Positions 1 through 12,560 of a DNA stretch of 64,000 nucleotides are shown here, piece by piece. Where the stretch lies: the NCBI RefSeq assembly GCF_006345805.1, contig NC_043000.1, positions 146,506,001 to 146,570,000 of the forward strand, given 5' to 3'. The stretch's first letter is position 1. Each line of letters starts with the position of its first letter. This stretch comes from Octopus sinensis. Taxonomy: Eukaryota. The translations under genes were made by a program, and so were the position numbers. Below the pieces are notes generated by a model. It searched no databases. It saw only the letters and a list, made by a program, of their open reading frames with translations, and was not told where the DNA came from.

Positions 1-150
1 TATGTTTGTATGTATGTATGTATGAATGTATGTATGTATATATGAATGAATGTATGTATATATGTATGATTGTATGTATGTATGTTTGTATGTATGTATG
101 TTTGTATGTATGTATGAATGTATGTATGTATATATGTATGTATATGTATA
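1..150. repeat. (TATG)n microsatellite
   Basis: Direct reading; source of the MYVC-type ORF 6..293. Confidence 0.95.
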
Positions 151-363
151 TACCAATATATTATTATCTATGTTACGTGCAACTTTCAGTCAAAAATATT
201 CCGTGTAACAGATTTTCGCGTAGCCCACAAGGTATTTATAACTATGAATATTTGTTGATCAATTCTATGAACTACGAATTATACTTCGATTAAGATTAAT
301 TAGGATGCACTCTGTTGATTTTAGGAGTATCATATTCCTGTTATATGTGTTTGCAGGTGTAAT

Positions 364-397
<34 letters not shown>

Positions 398-466
398 ATA
401 TATATATACATATACTTGCGTATATATATGTGCGTGAGTATATATGTTTATGTATTTTTATGCATA

Positions 467-509
<43 letters not shown>

Positions 510-648
510 ATAACAATTTAGGAGTGACCCTAACAGGTCATTCGTCCACCAGAAAGAGCAGCCATAACACACACACCACACACGTATATATATATACATA
601 TACTTGCGTATATATATGTGCGTGTGTATATATGTTTATGTATTTTTA

Positions 649-698
<50 letters not shown>

Positions 699-800
699 AT
701 ATATGTTTCGATCCCTATATCTGTATACATGAATATACACACATACACATGCACATACACGCACACATACACACACACATACGCACACATACTCACACAC
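364..800. repeat. Compound (CA)n/(TA)n tract with an ~80-bp direct duplication (391-470 / 579-658)
   Basis: CACGTATATATATATACATATACTTGCGTATATATATGTGCGTG...TTTATGTATTTTTATGCATATATA occurs twice. Confidence 0.85.
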
Positions 801-1596
801 AGGCATGTTGAATTTCCTGAACGAATGAGGGAATATTAATCAATACATGTGGTAGATTATATGGTTTAGTTTAAATGAATGTTTATCCAGAGATTCGAAT
901 TTAACGCTATTGCGATCTTCAAGGGAATATAAATTACTAATAATATTTTCGAAGCCACCATGCCCCGATATGATGATTTAAGTTGGAAATCCCTCGAATG
1001 AAGAATAAATGAATCTCGCAATCCAATATAGATCGAAAATTAACTCAATTTTAGCTTTCCAGTACCTCTCATTGACTCAGCATTCTAAGCGGACCAAATC
1101 TGTGCGATATATTTCTATGGCAAATTATTCATTCGTTTTCTCTCATAGTTTCCATGTGTGCATATGCGTATGTGATTGTGTATGTGTAAGCGTGCGTGTG
1201 CATGTGTTTGTGTGTGTGTGTGTGTGCGTGTATATATGTGTGTCTGTGTGTTTTGTTATGTGTATGAGTTTAGAGAAAAGTGGGAGAAAAAGCATGAAAA
1301 TAGCTGTGGATCCTTTCGAGATGTGGAGAAATATTGCATACATCTCATTGCATAAAAGGCAGAGTCATTGAGAGTTAAGACTGCGTTAATGATCAGAATT
1401 TTTCTTTCATAATCTGACTACAGTTATACGCCTCACCAGATATTTGACGTTGAAATAAGAATATTGATACTGTGTGTACTCAAAGATAGGTACAGTTTAA
1501 GAATTACACTGGCGCAAAATCCTTGACTCGAAATACATATTTGTTTTAAATAAATCATATACACTACACCCTGTGATTGATGAGCACTCTTCCCTC

Positions 1597-1876
1597 GGCT
1601 TAGTGGTTAGAGCATTCGACTCAGGATCGTTGTGTCCTTGAGCAAGACACTTTATTTCACGTTGCTCCAGTCACTCAGCTGGCAAAAATGAGTTGTACCT
1701 GTATTTCAAAGGGCCGGCCTTATCACAATTTGTATCACGTTGAATCTCCTTGAGAACTACGTTAGGGGTACGCGTGTCTGGGGATTGCTCAGTCACTTGC
1801 ACGTTAATTTCATGAGCAGGCTGTTCCGTTGATCGTATCAGCTGGGACCTCGTCGTCGTAACCGACAGAGTGCTCC
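1597..1876 (+). mobile_element. tRNA-derived SINE, group A (head H1 + tail T1), degenerate head
   Basis: A-box-like GGCTTAGTGGTTAG; body GTGTCCTTGAGCAAGACACTTT; tail CCTCGTCGTCGTAACCGAC. Aligns by eye with 5058-5380. Confidence 0.85.
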
Positions 1877-2221
1877 TATACTACATATATACATATATTA
1901 TTATTATTATTACTAGTGTTGTTGTTATACATACATACATACATACATACATGCATATGTAATGATAATAATAAGTGGATGTAAACACATGAACAAAATA
2001 AGAATAAACAAAAACAACAACAACAAAAACAAAATACAAATTACATGAACGTATATAAACAGAAGATACAAATATTACAGGCATCCCCCCACATACACAC
2101 ACTAAATAAACATTGACGCACATAGAGATATAAGCATGCGCAAATGAAAACATACAATAGAAATACAAAATGGCTGACGGTTAGTAAGGAGAGACCCAAA
2201 TAAGAAAGAAGAAAACAAAAG

Positions 2222-2262
2222 ACCACTGATGCGGTCACAAGAGTGTGACGAAAGAACTCTGT
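2222..2262 (+). ncRNA. Degenerate hammerhead-ribozyme-like motif
   Basis: CTGATGC (A9 replaced by C), G, GTCAC/aagagt/GTGAC stem II, GAAA, GAAC, TC; stem I weak. Confidence 0.4.
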
Positions 2263-2438
2263 CCGAAATAAGATTAAGATTAATGTAAAAAATAAATAAC
2301 ACTGAAGCAAAATAACACCAAATATATAGTGCGTGTGTTGTTATTGGCTAAACTGGCAATATGACCATTCCGAAATATAACAATATCTGTTTCAACACAC
2401 GACTTCACATAAAAAATCTTGCTCAACAATATTTAAAC

Positions 2439-2488
<50 letters not shown>

Positions 2489-2709
2489 TTGAATAACAAG
2501 GGTAGAAATTGATATTAATCAATTAAAACCAGTGGCTTAGCATATTTAAAATATCCGAAGATTAATAACTGAGTTACATACAAAATTGAGAGTAATAACC
2601 ATTTTTCTTGAAAACACATATTTCGTGGTAATGGCGATTTGATGTTTATGTTTAGCATATTAGGTGTCCACTTTAGAGGTCATTCCTCTTAATTTTATAT
2701 ATATATATA

Positions 2710-2830
2710 TATATATATGCAACCACATGTACATTATCGGCGATTTTTCCATAATTTTCCTTCTTTTTCCCCTTTTCGACGAAGAACTATGCTCGAAACT
2801 TTAACAACTCTCTCCTTTCACTGAGCGTCA
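2710..2830 (+). mobile_element. Non-autonomous hammerhead-bearing element, family E (degenerate copy)
   Basis: TTTTCGACGAAGAACTATGCTCGAAACTTTAAC is a decayed form of the motif at 26396-26432, 40905-40939 and 58636-58670; upstream TGGCGATTTTTCC-like sequence also shared; follows (TA)n. Confidence 0.65.
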
Positions 2831-2991
2831 AATTAATGTATAGCTTGTGTAAAACTTAGATAAAACTTAGATATGTTTCGACCAAAGATTGGTCCAGGCC
2901 ATGTCTAACTTAATAGCACCACCTACGTCCTGAAATTCGGTTTTTTTTCTCTTTTTTATCTGGTTCTTAACTGTTTGGTTTTTGAATTTAG

Positions 2992-3044
<53 letters not shown>

Positions 3045-3048
<4 letters not shown>

Positions 3049-3190
3049 CAGAATGAGATAAAAATCCAACGCTGTGAAAGATTTCAGAACATTTATAAAG
3101 ATATCTTATAGGTGTTTCCGTGATATTTTACATATCCCTTCACCGGAGACAGTGCGAGAAGATGGTTAAGCAAGAGTTATCCTTGAGAAG
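3045..3190 (-). mobile_element. Hammerhead-bearing element, family F (degenerate copy)
   Basis: Homologous by eye to 40181-40320. Minus strand reads GTCT-CCGGTGA-A-GGGATAT/gtaaa/ATATCAC-G-GAAA-CACC-TA. Confidence 0.65.
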
Positions 3191-3320
3191 ATATGGTCTC
3201 GTATTGCCTAAGCGATATATTCATATATATATATATAGTTTGTTTCCGTCATCAGACTTCGGCCATGCTGGAGTACCACCTTGAATTATTAGTCGAATAT
3301 ATCTATCTCATTATTTACGT

Positions 3321-3458
3321 TATGTACATTTGACGGATATTTGTCCTTATCTTGTTTGTTGTTAACACAACGTTTCGACTGATATGCCCTCCAGCCTTCG
3401 TCAGGTGTCTTGGGGAAATTTCGAACCTGGGTTCTCATTCCTAAGGTATTTTTCGATG

Positions 3459-3515
<57 letters not shown>

Positions 3516-3541
3516 TATTATTATTATTATTATTATTATTA

Positions 3542-3572
<31 letters not shown>

Positions 3573-3589
3573 CATCATTATTATTATCA

Positions 3590-3643
<54 letters not shown>

Positions 3644-3654
3644 CATTATTATTA

Positions 3655-3692
<38 letters not shown>

Positions 3693-3800
3693 GTTATTAT
3701 TATTATTATTATTATTATATTATTATTATTATTCAGGTCACTGCCCGGAATGGAACTCAGAATCTTGGGGTTTAAACAATATACGTAATTCCTCATCTCT
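3321..3800 (-). mobile_element. Family G element: tRNA-like head remnant + (AAT)n + hammerhead
   Basis: Minus strand: B-box-like GAGTTCCATTCC (~3748-3759), ~270-bp (AAT)n, hammerhead at 3364-3409. Second copy at 63238-63505. Confidence 0.75.
3364..3409 (-). ncRNA. Minimal type-I hammerhead ribozyme motif (family G)
   Basis: GACAC-CTGACGA-A-GGCTG/loop/CAGTC-GAAA-CG-TT-GTGTT: stems I and II pair; loopless palindromic stem III (ACGT) of the dimer-acting type. Confidence 0.75.
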
Positions 3801-3950
3801 TAAATATGGAACTGTATATCTATCCCAGTACATTTAGACCTGGTACTTATCCTATGGATAGTTTTTGCCGAACCGCTAAGTTACGGGACGTAAACACACC
3901 ATCACCGACTATCATGTGGTGATGGAGGAAACAGTGATACACACATATAC

Positions 3951-4025
<75 letters not shown>

Positions 4026-4111
4026 TATACGAGACAAAACCACTATTTTGCAAAACAAACAAGGAAAGACTTAATCAATACATAAATTTTAATAAATAGT
4101 CAAAAAAACCG

Positions 4112-4154
4112 CCACTACAATCGTTTCTTGTCTTGATCGACAATCTTCAGGTGG
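4112..4154 (-). ncRNA. Minimal type-I hammerhead motif (P1 left arm)
   Basis: Reverse complement of 4184-4226. Confidence 0.8.
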
Positions 4155-4183
4155 ACTTCCAATAATTCAGTGTCATTGGAAGT

Positions 4184-4226
4184 CCACCTGAAGATTGTCG
4201 ATCAAGACAAGAAACGATTGTAGTGG
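4184..4226 (+). ncRNA. Minimal type-I hammerhead motif (P1 right arm)
   Basis: CCAC-CTGAAGA-TTGTC/gatcaa/GACAA-GAAA-C/gatt/G-TA-GTGG; all three stems pair; predicted cleavage after GUA at 4222. Confidence 0.85.
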
Positions 4227-5057
4227 CGGTTTTTTTGACTATTTATTAAAATTTATGTATTGATTAAGTCTTTCCTTGTTTGTTTTGCAAAATAGTGGTT
4301 TTGTCTCGTATAATATTTTATAATATTTTACTATAAAATCGATTTAATCCTAAATCTAATTTTTTCCCTGTAAATTTGGATTTATTCCCTAATATTTATT
4401 ATTATATATATATATATATATACAAATATATACAAATATATATATACGACGGGCCTCTTTCAGTTTCTGTCTACCAACTCCACTCAAAAGGTTTGGGGCA
4501 GCCCGAGGCTCTAGTAGAAGACACTTGCCCAAAGTGCCATGCAGTGGGACTGAACCTAGAACCATGTGACTGTGAAGCAAGCTTCTTACCACAGAACCAC
4601 TCCTGATCTTTTAAACCTTATAGTTACCCTTTAATTCATTTGCTGCGTTGAGCAATGTATTCGCAAAGCAGGTGTAGGAAAAGTGCGTGTTTTTGTGGCA
4701 TATAAAGAACAAGACATTTCGACAGGCTGAAAGTTTTAGTTTGGGTAGAAAAAAAAAAGCCAGAAGTAAAATATGAAATGGAGGAGAATGGGGACAAGGG
4801 GGAAAATAAAACTTTTAAAGGTATTTTTATGGTAGCTCAGGCGTTATGAGTTTTGTTGAAGATAAGTAAGATGGCGTCTGTAAAATTTGATTTGTGTAGT
4901 GTTCGAAGTGAAAAGATGATATCTTGGTTTTGTTTTGTTTTCATGCAAGCATAAGTTTTGTATTTAACCATATGTATGTAACTACACATAAAAACATTAA
5001 TGTGTGTCCGTGTGCCTGTGTGTACACATATAGTTATATATATATATATATATATAA

Positions 5058-5380
5058 GTGAGGGCGCGTGGCTTAGTGGTTAGGGCATTCGGCTCATGAT
5101 CGTAAGGTTGTGAGTTCGATTCCCGGCGACGCGTTGTGTCCTTGAGCAAGACACTTTATTTCACGTTGCTCCAGTCCACTCAGCTGGCAAAAATGAGTTG
5201 TACTTGTATTTCAAAGGGTCAGCCTTGTCACTCTCTGTGTCACGCTGATTTTCCCCGAGAACTACGTTAAGGGTACACGTGTCTGTGGAATGCTCAGCCA
5301 TTTGCACGTTAATTTCACGAGCAAGCTGTTCCGTTGATCGTATCAGCTGGGACCCTCGTCGTCGTAACCGGCGGAGTCTT
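5058..5380 (+). mobile_element. tRNA-derived SINE, group A (H1+T1), full length
   Basis: A box TGGCTTAGTGG, B box GAGTTCGATTCCC; inserted in (TA)n. Confidence 0.9.
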
Positions 5381-5434
<54 letters not shown>

Positions 5435-5620
5435 CTCCTGTTGGCTGCAACGTGACTGCTTATTCTGACTGCTGAATTAAACCGTCAGGTGAAGCTACAA
5501 ATCCAAGTGAAAACGGATTAAACAAGTTTAAATTTAGATTGGGTATTGCGTCACTTTATTAGCAAATGCATTGTTATCTCATAATTACTTTAAAACAACA
5601 TGAAATAACACATATATCGA

Positions 5621-6253
<633 letters not shown>

Positions 6254-9200
6254 AGAAGTCTGTCAGAGAGATTGATTACAGGAATAATTTATGCAAACTT
6301 TCTATATGACTCGAGAGGATGAAGGTGAATGAAATTTAGTCTTTTTCTTTGTATGTTTTTAAGTCAGAACATGTAGGAATGAACATTTGTGTCTGCATAT
6401 GATAGAATATTTCTACAAGAAATATATATTAAATCTTATCTGAGCAAGTGTTTGACTTCCTATATTTCAATATCCACACATAAAACTGTCAATAAGGAAA
6501 AGTGCGACAAGTTTAAGAGGAAAGATTAGATAACGATGATAATAGAATTCCTAACTATTGATGTTTTTCGCCACAAATGTTACAAGACGCATTCTTTTGA
6601 CCCAAGACTTTTCAACGAAAGTTATATATAGTTTGACAAAGATAGAAAAAGATAATTTAAATACTTTCCGACATTATCGAAATTTGACCAAGATCTATGC
6701 CAAAGGTCTCATCTCGTTTACGTTGTATTCACGGAAATTACATTTTGTATGACGTTTTTAATATTTTAAAATTTATTTTCAGGATCTTTTCTCTTTCTTT
6801 CTCGTTGTAATTTGTTTTCTTTCGTTTATTTCTATTTTAATCTTCTCTGGCTTTGCTTTTCAATGTTTGCTTTTATCTTTCTTTTCCTTGTCATATTTAT
6901 ATATTTTTGTATTTTGTTCTTAGATTATTTGATTATTCCTTTCACTTATGTCAGATTCTGTATTTCTTCACATTTTGATTGTCTTCCTCTTTCCCCTTCA
7001 CTGACGTTTAGCAGTTTTGTTGATACAAGTAATTCATCAAAATATATAATAGAACAGCATAGGTTGTGATTAGACATTTCTTTCCTTTGTCTATTCTACT
7101 TCACCAATCATGAACCACAGTTCACATATTTTACGCGATCATTTGCACAAGCAAATGACCAATGATGCAGTAAATATCTGCTATTGAGTCACACCCATCA
7201 AACTCTTTTAGACATAAAGACCTTCCCGACTCTCATTAAATGAATTTTCTCTGTTTTCCATAAATTATAATTGCATTACCAAACTGTAGAAACCACATAA
7301 CGAAGAGTCTATCAGATATGATTGTAGCACCTTACAAAATAGGGGGGTGTAATTTAGACATTGAACAGAACTGAAATTAAGTAAATAATACGTTTCATAG
7401 GAGACAAAAGTCATGTTTATCATGTAAACCAGGAAACGTTAAAGGTTTCGTATATCATAGAGAAACTAATGTTAAAATAGTATTCAGATATTCTCTTTCA
7501 ATTTCTGTCTCTTTTTCTCTCTCTCTCTCTCCTCTCAATAAATTTAGAATCATATGCCCCACTGAGTGTATTTGTGTGCTTGCGTGTGTGTGTGCATGTG
7601 TGTTTCTCTGTGTTCCACTGTGTTTCTCTGTGTTCCACTGTGTTTCTCTATACGTGTGCCTGTCAGTGTGAAATTGTATGATTGTAAATATGGTTATTTT
7701 GTCGTACCTAAGTCTGTCATACGACTGATTTTACAGTCAACCGTAATAACCTTTGAATGAAAAATAGCGATAAATAAAGAGTTATCTGTAAGTTTTGAAT
7801 GTTTTCTTCTTTGAAACGGCCATGTGGCAATGAAGTATTCATTTTCTCATGTATCAGGAATTGTTCTGGTTAATTCTTGAATTTTTCTATATGTCGACAC
7901 ACTGAGACAAGTTCGGATTTATTAATCAGAATTGGAGTTTTTCACGTATTTCCTCAGAGAGTAGACATATAATTTGAGACTGCTCGTGTCCTGGACACAC
8001 ACATTCATACGTACATACATACATACATACATACATACATGCCTGCATACATACACACATATATACACACACACATATAATACATACATACATAATAGAT
8101 GGTACCGTCAACACCAGACTTGCAGGCGTAGAGGGCCGTTTAAAACTTCTTTTTGAGCATTTTCCTTTACATCTATCTCGACTCCTCCACCCTAAATCAG
8201 TAATTGGTATATTTATCCCATCATAATTAAGTGAAACGCCATTTACTTACGAACGCAGAACTATTCATACCAGATTTTTTAAAATATACCTTATACCACG
8301 TGGAATTTGCTAATACGATCATGGCTGAGATTAATAACATCACCAAAGAAAACACCTGTACACCACCACTATCTGAAAAAAAACATACGTTCTCCTCTCA
8401 CTCTACCTGGACTCTACATGTAATCCATGGTGTTCTTCGATGCCATGAAAAGCCCACAAAGACCGGTCTATCGGATATATGAAGCAGTTAAAAAAATACT
8501 CACCTCAAGGCACCTCTACGGCGAAACAACTTTGGTAACAAGTATTATTTTTAATAGAAATGCCTTCCTCTCGTAATGTAAATCGATCTTTTGAAGACAC
8601 TGGGAATTGGCCAAAACCTGCCAGATGAGATATCGAAAAATAATGTAAACAAACTGCTACCACCATCATGTAACTCTAAATGTAGAAGACTCAACAAAGA
8701 CAACTATATATTTAGATTGAAAACATCCTGAAACCACAGTTCGTAGAAAACTTGTCTACTTTCACGAAACCGTCGTTAAACGACAGGCTATTGTTAACAA
8801 GATTAAGAAAATAATCCAACAGCTTTAAAGTGTAAGTTATCGACAATGTCGCTGGAGAGCACATGGAGTCGTGTGATTTTAATTACTGGAATATGCACAG
8901 CTGCTATCACTCTTAAGGAACACTTGGGATAAATACACAGTATACATGGTAATGAAACTAGTGGACGGAAGTACCCTTGGTGGAAATCAAAACACGAAGA
9001 ATCTGCGCTGCCATATTGGATAGTTAACCAAGAGAATAATATATACGAGGAATAATGTGATTACACAAAACTCTATGGTAGCTCAGGGCGTTCAATTAGA
9101 ATCTTCGCTACCGCCACAACACTTGCTTCTAGCCCACAGAAAAAGGGATCTCAAACTTGATGCACCGTGGCTAAATGCAGTAAGGATAGAATACTGTATC

Positions 9201-10854
9201 AATATCAACAGTAAAAGATATGCAATTCAGCCGGATATTTTCACCATAGCTGTAGACAAACTTCACAATGGGAAGACGCATGGATAGTATTAATATTTGG
9301 ATACTGATAATAGAGGCTGACATTTTTGTTCCATTTCTATATCTATATATATACACTGAGAAGCACCATGGAAGGTCGGATAACATACCAAATTGGAAAA
9401 TCTTGTTAGCCAAGGAGGAAATCACCGAGTTGCCTGAAAACTATAGGTGCATTGCTAGCCTAAACAAACTCTACAGGAGCTGACTTCGCCAATTCTTCGA
9501 AGATCATTGTGAGTCCAACATATACTGACTAATGAAGAGAATGATGGAAGGAAGAAGGTGTGGGTGTGTGCTGGACAACTTTTAATAAACAAAGCTGTAT
9601 TGTTTAAAGTAAACAAAAAAGAAAATAGAAACATCGTAGGAGACTTGGAACAATATGGTTTGATTATAGGAAGGTATTGACTCTATTCCTCACTCATAGC
9701 TGCTGAAATGTCTCCACTAAGCAAAAGTGCCTGCTATCTTAATTGCTGCCACTGAGGGTTTCACAAAGATCTCGTCAACAATTCTTATACTTAGAACTGA
9801 GATTGGAATGATATACACATTTAAAAGGGAATATTCCAAGGAGATGTCCTTTCTGTAATTTTGTTCATTTAGGCAATAGATTCGTTGTCATTCCTGCTAC
9901 AAATATCAAATGGTTATATGCTAGGATCTTCAACTGCTAAGGATATTAATATAATCCATAATTTCTTTGTGGATTATCCTAAGATGTATGCTAAAAATGT
10001 TAACAATGCCAAAAAACGGCAGGAATTGATACCAATATTTTCACCAGACATAGGAATGGAGTTTGGCCAAAAGAAATGTTCATACGGGGGAAATTACTAT
10101 CCCAGACCCAATTGCTGTGCATCAATGGTCTCACTATCTTTCCTGTCCCACATAAATAAAGAATGGTACAAGTACCGAGACATTGATGAAAACATATCAT
10201 ATTAAGGTACATGAATAAAGATAGTGACCGGTGAATATTATGCAAGAGTTAGAACTCTCCTCTTACAACAAAATAATGTCCGACAGTGAATTTGAATTAC
10301 AAGTGCTGACTTCAACGTTTGGGATGCATAACTATGTCGGTAGAAATCCACTCCATAGAGTCGCAAGAAATTGACATCAATTAGAAATCTCCAACGAAAT
10401 AGTGATATTGGCAGGATCTACCTAAGAAGAGATAAAGGAGGTAGAGGCTTGCGATCAGTACGGACAGCCTTCAAATGTCGTATAGTCTCTCTCTCTCTCT
10501 CAGGCAGCACTTGATAAACAACAGCAGTAAAAAGAAATGCATTTATAGCTTTAAAGTAAAAATAAATACTTATAACTGAAAAGTGAAGAGAACAATATGC
10601 TACGTGTCGGCATTGAACTCCTCTCTTCCCGATGACTTCTCATACAATCCCAAAAAAGCCGAACTAACATACTGCAAAGAAGGCCCGGATGTGAAACGCT
10701 CAACATACCAAAAATGACCAGGCATGGGTATATTCCCGAAAAGTTAAGAATACAGTAATATTGACCTGAAGTGGAGACTCTCTTGCATTCATGACCGCTA
10801 CATCACATCACAATTTGAAGGTTATGCATTTGCAATCCAAGTACTTGCTACTAA

Positions 10855-11240
10855 TGTGGAGGCGCAATGGCCCAGTGGTTAGGGCAGCGGACTCGCGGTC
10901 GTAGGATCGCGGTTTCGATTCCCAGACCGGGCGTTGTGAGTGTTTATTGAGCGAAAACACCTAAAAGCTTCACGATGCTCCGACAGGGGATGATGGTGAT
11001 CCCTGCTGTACTCTTTCACTATAACTTTCTCTCACTCTTACTTCCTGTTTCTGTTGTACCTGTATTTCAAGGGGCCAGCCTTGTCACTCTCTGTGTCACG
11101 CTGAATATCCCCGAGAACTACGTTAAGGGTACACGTGTCTGTGGAGTGCTCAGCCACTTACACGTTAATTTCACGAGCAGGCTGTTCCGTTGATTCGGAT
11201 CAACCGGAACCCTCGTCGTCGTAACCGACGGAGGGCTTCC
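10855..11240 (+). mobile_element. tRNA-derived SINE, chimeric head H2 + tail T1
   Basis: 12-bp TSD ACTTGCTACTAA (10843-10854 / 11241-11252); head as in 38712, tail as in 5058. Confidence 0.9.
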
Positions 11241-11570
11241 ACTTGCTACTAAATACCGAAAAGGCAAAAGAAACAGTGAGGCTCTTGGAACCCCATGATG
11301 TAACCAAAAATGTAGATTGTCATATTACTGTAGAAAACATCACATACGGGATTAGCAGAGGCCCAAAAGTGTCATCAAGGTCCTACCTCCCTATGCAAAT
11401 CGACGTTGACTCAAAACAATATACAATGCCTCCGTGAAAAAAGACTGTCCTGGAATAGATACAGAGAACCCTGCTATTATTGAATACTTACGCACACACC
11501 AACACAGGGAACATTGGTGGACCATCTGTCAAGTATAAGCATAACAGGCCGGATATTATTATTAGGAACA

Positions 11571-11751
11571 TATTTCGTCTGTCGTTACGTTGTGAGTTCA
11601 AATTCCGCCGAGGTCGACTTTGCCGTTCATCCTTTCGGGGTCAATAAATAAAGCACCAGTTTCGCACTGGGGTCGATGTAATCGACTTAATCCCTTTGTC
11701 TGTCCTTGTTTGTCCCCTCTATGTTTAGCCCCTTGTGGGCAGTAAAGAAAT
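11571..11751 (+). mobile_element. 5'-truncated group C SINE inside the LINE endonuclease region
   Basis: Near-perfect 18-bp TSD ATATTATTATT(A/T)GGAACA (11553-11570 / 11752-11769); matches 13404-13637. Confidence 0.85.
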
Positions 11752-12164
11752 ATATTATTATTTGGAACAGACAAGAAAAGGTATGTAACGTCATAGAGGT
11801 CAGTTGTCCTGCTGATGTGAATATCTCTGTGAAAATCAAAGAGAAAGAGGATAACTACGGATAACTACTACGAAACCTCCAGCTTTCTATATCAAGATTA
11901 CAAATTTACATTTATATCAATAATAGTTGATGCACTTGGGTTTTTGAGTAAAAGTCTGACAACCTGAATTTTCAGAAAAAGAAAGCAGCCAACTAACTTG
12001 CACGTTACAAATATAATCTCTAAGTGGAACAGTAAAAAATATGCAAGAATTTTCTCAAGTTAAAAATTTTACAGTTTTCGTTATTTACATTCCAAGGACG
12101 GAGCTTTGTATCTTTGCTAGAAACCTTCAGAGGAAGAAATTCAATAATTAAAAACAGAGAACAT

Positions 12165-12243
12165 ATATATATATATATACACACTGCACACTCGCAAACG
12201 CATACACATACACACACACATACACACACACACACACATACAC

Positions 12244-12274
<31 letters not shown>

Positions 12275-12560
12275 CATACACACACACATACACACACACA
12301 CATACACACACACATACACACACACATACACACACACACATACACACACACATACACACACACATACACACACGCATACACACACACATTCACACACACA
12401 CATACACACACACACATACACACATACACACACACACACACATACACACACACATACACACACACACTCACACACACATACACACACACATACACACATA
12501 CACACACACACACACACGCACATGTGTGCGCGAACGTGTGTGAGTGTGCGCGCGCGTGTG
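12165..12560. repeat. (CA)n/(CATA)n compound microsatellite
   Basis: Direct reading; source of the CVCV/HTHT ORFs. Confidence 0.95.

Larger units (their letters stand above)
4016..4403. mobile_element. Fold-back palindromic element with two inverted hammerheads (family P1, copy 1)
   Basis: ~147-bp arms 4016-4163 / 4175-4322, identical wherever I compared them, with an 11-nt loop, followed by an ~80-bp unique tail shared with the copy at 18151-18550; flanked by (TA)n. Confidence 0.9.
3250..4606 (-). mobile_element. Group B SINE split into three pieces (3250-3320, 3820-3945, 4446-4606) by nested insertions
   Basis: The pieces match, in order, the 3' tail, middle and tRNA/CORE-like head of the intact group B copies (e.g. 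34815-35209). Confidence 0.75.
8100..12165 (+). mobile_element. Decayed near-full-length R4/Dong-clade non-LTR retrotransposon (RT + restriction-like endonuclease)
   Basis: Frameshifted motifs: GIFQGDVLSVILF (~9826), HNFFVDYPKMYAKN, FSPDIGMEFGQKKC, YKYRDIDEN, KHNRPDIII (~11537), VIEVSCPADVNISVKIKEKEDNY (~11790), LQLLYQDYKFTFISIIVDALG. Interrupted by two SINEs with TSDs. Confidence 0.85.

Noticed and set aside
4016-4322. Long palindromes as chimeric-read assembly artefacts
   Set aside because: Two independent copies with different loops, copy-specific variants and the same tail, plus unrelated families with the same layout, argue for real elements; read-level confirmation is still advisable.
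5058-5130. tRNA genes at SINE heads (also 10855, 28311, 38712 and group B heads)
   Set aside because: A/B boxes are present but run into SINE bodies with tails and TSDs; no complete cloverleaf seen.
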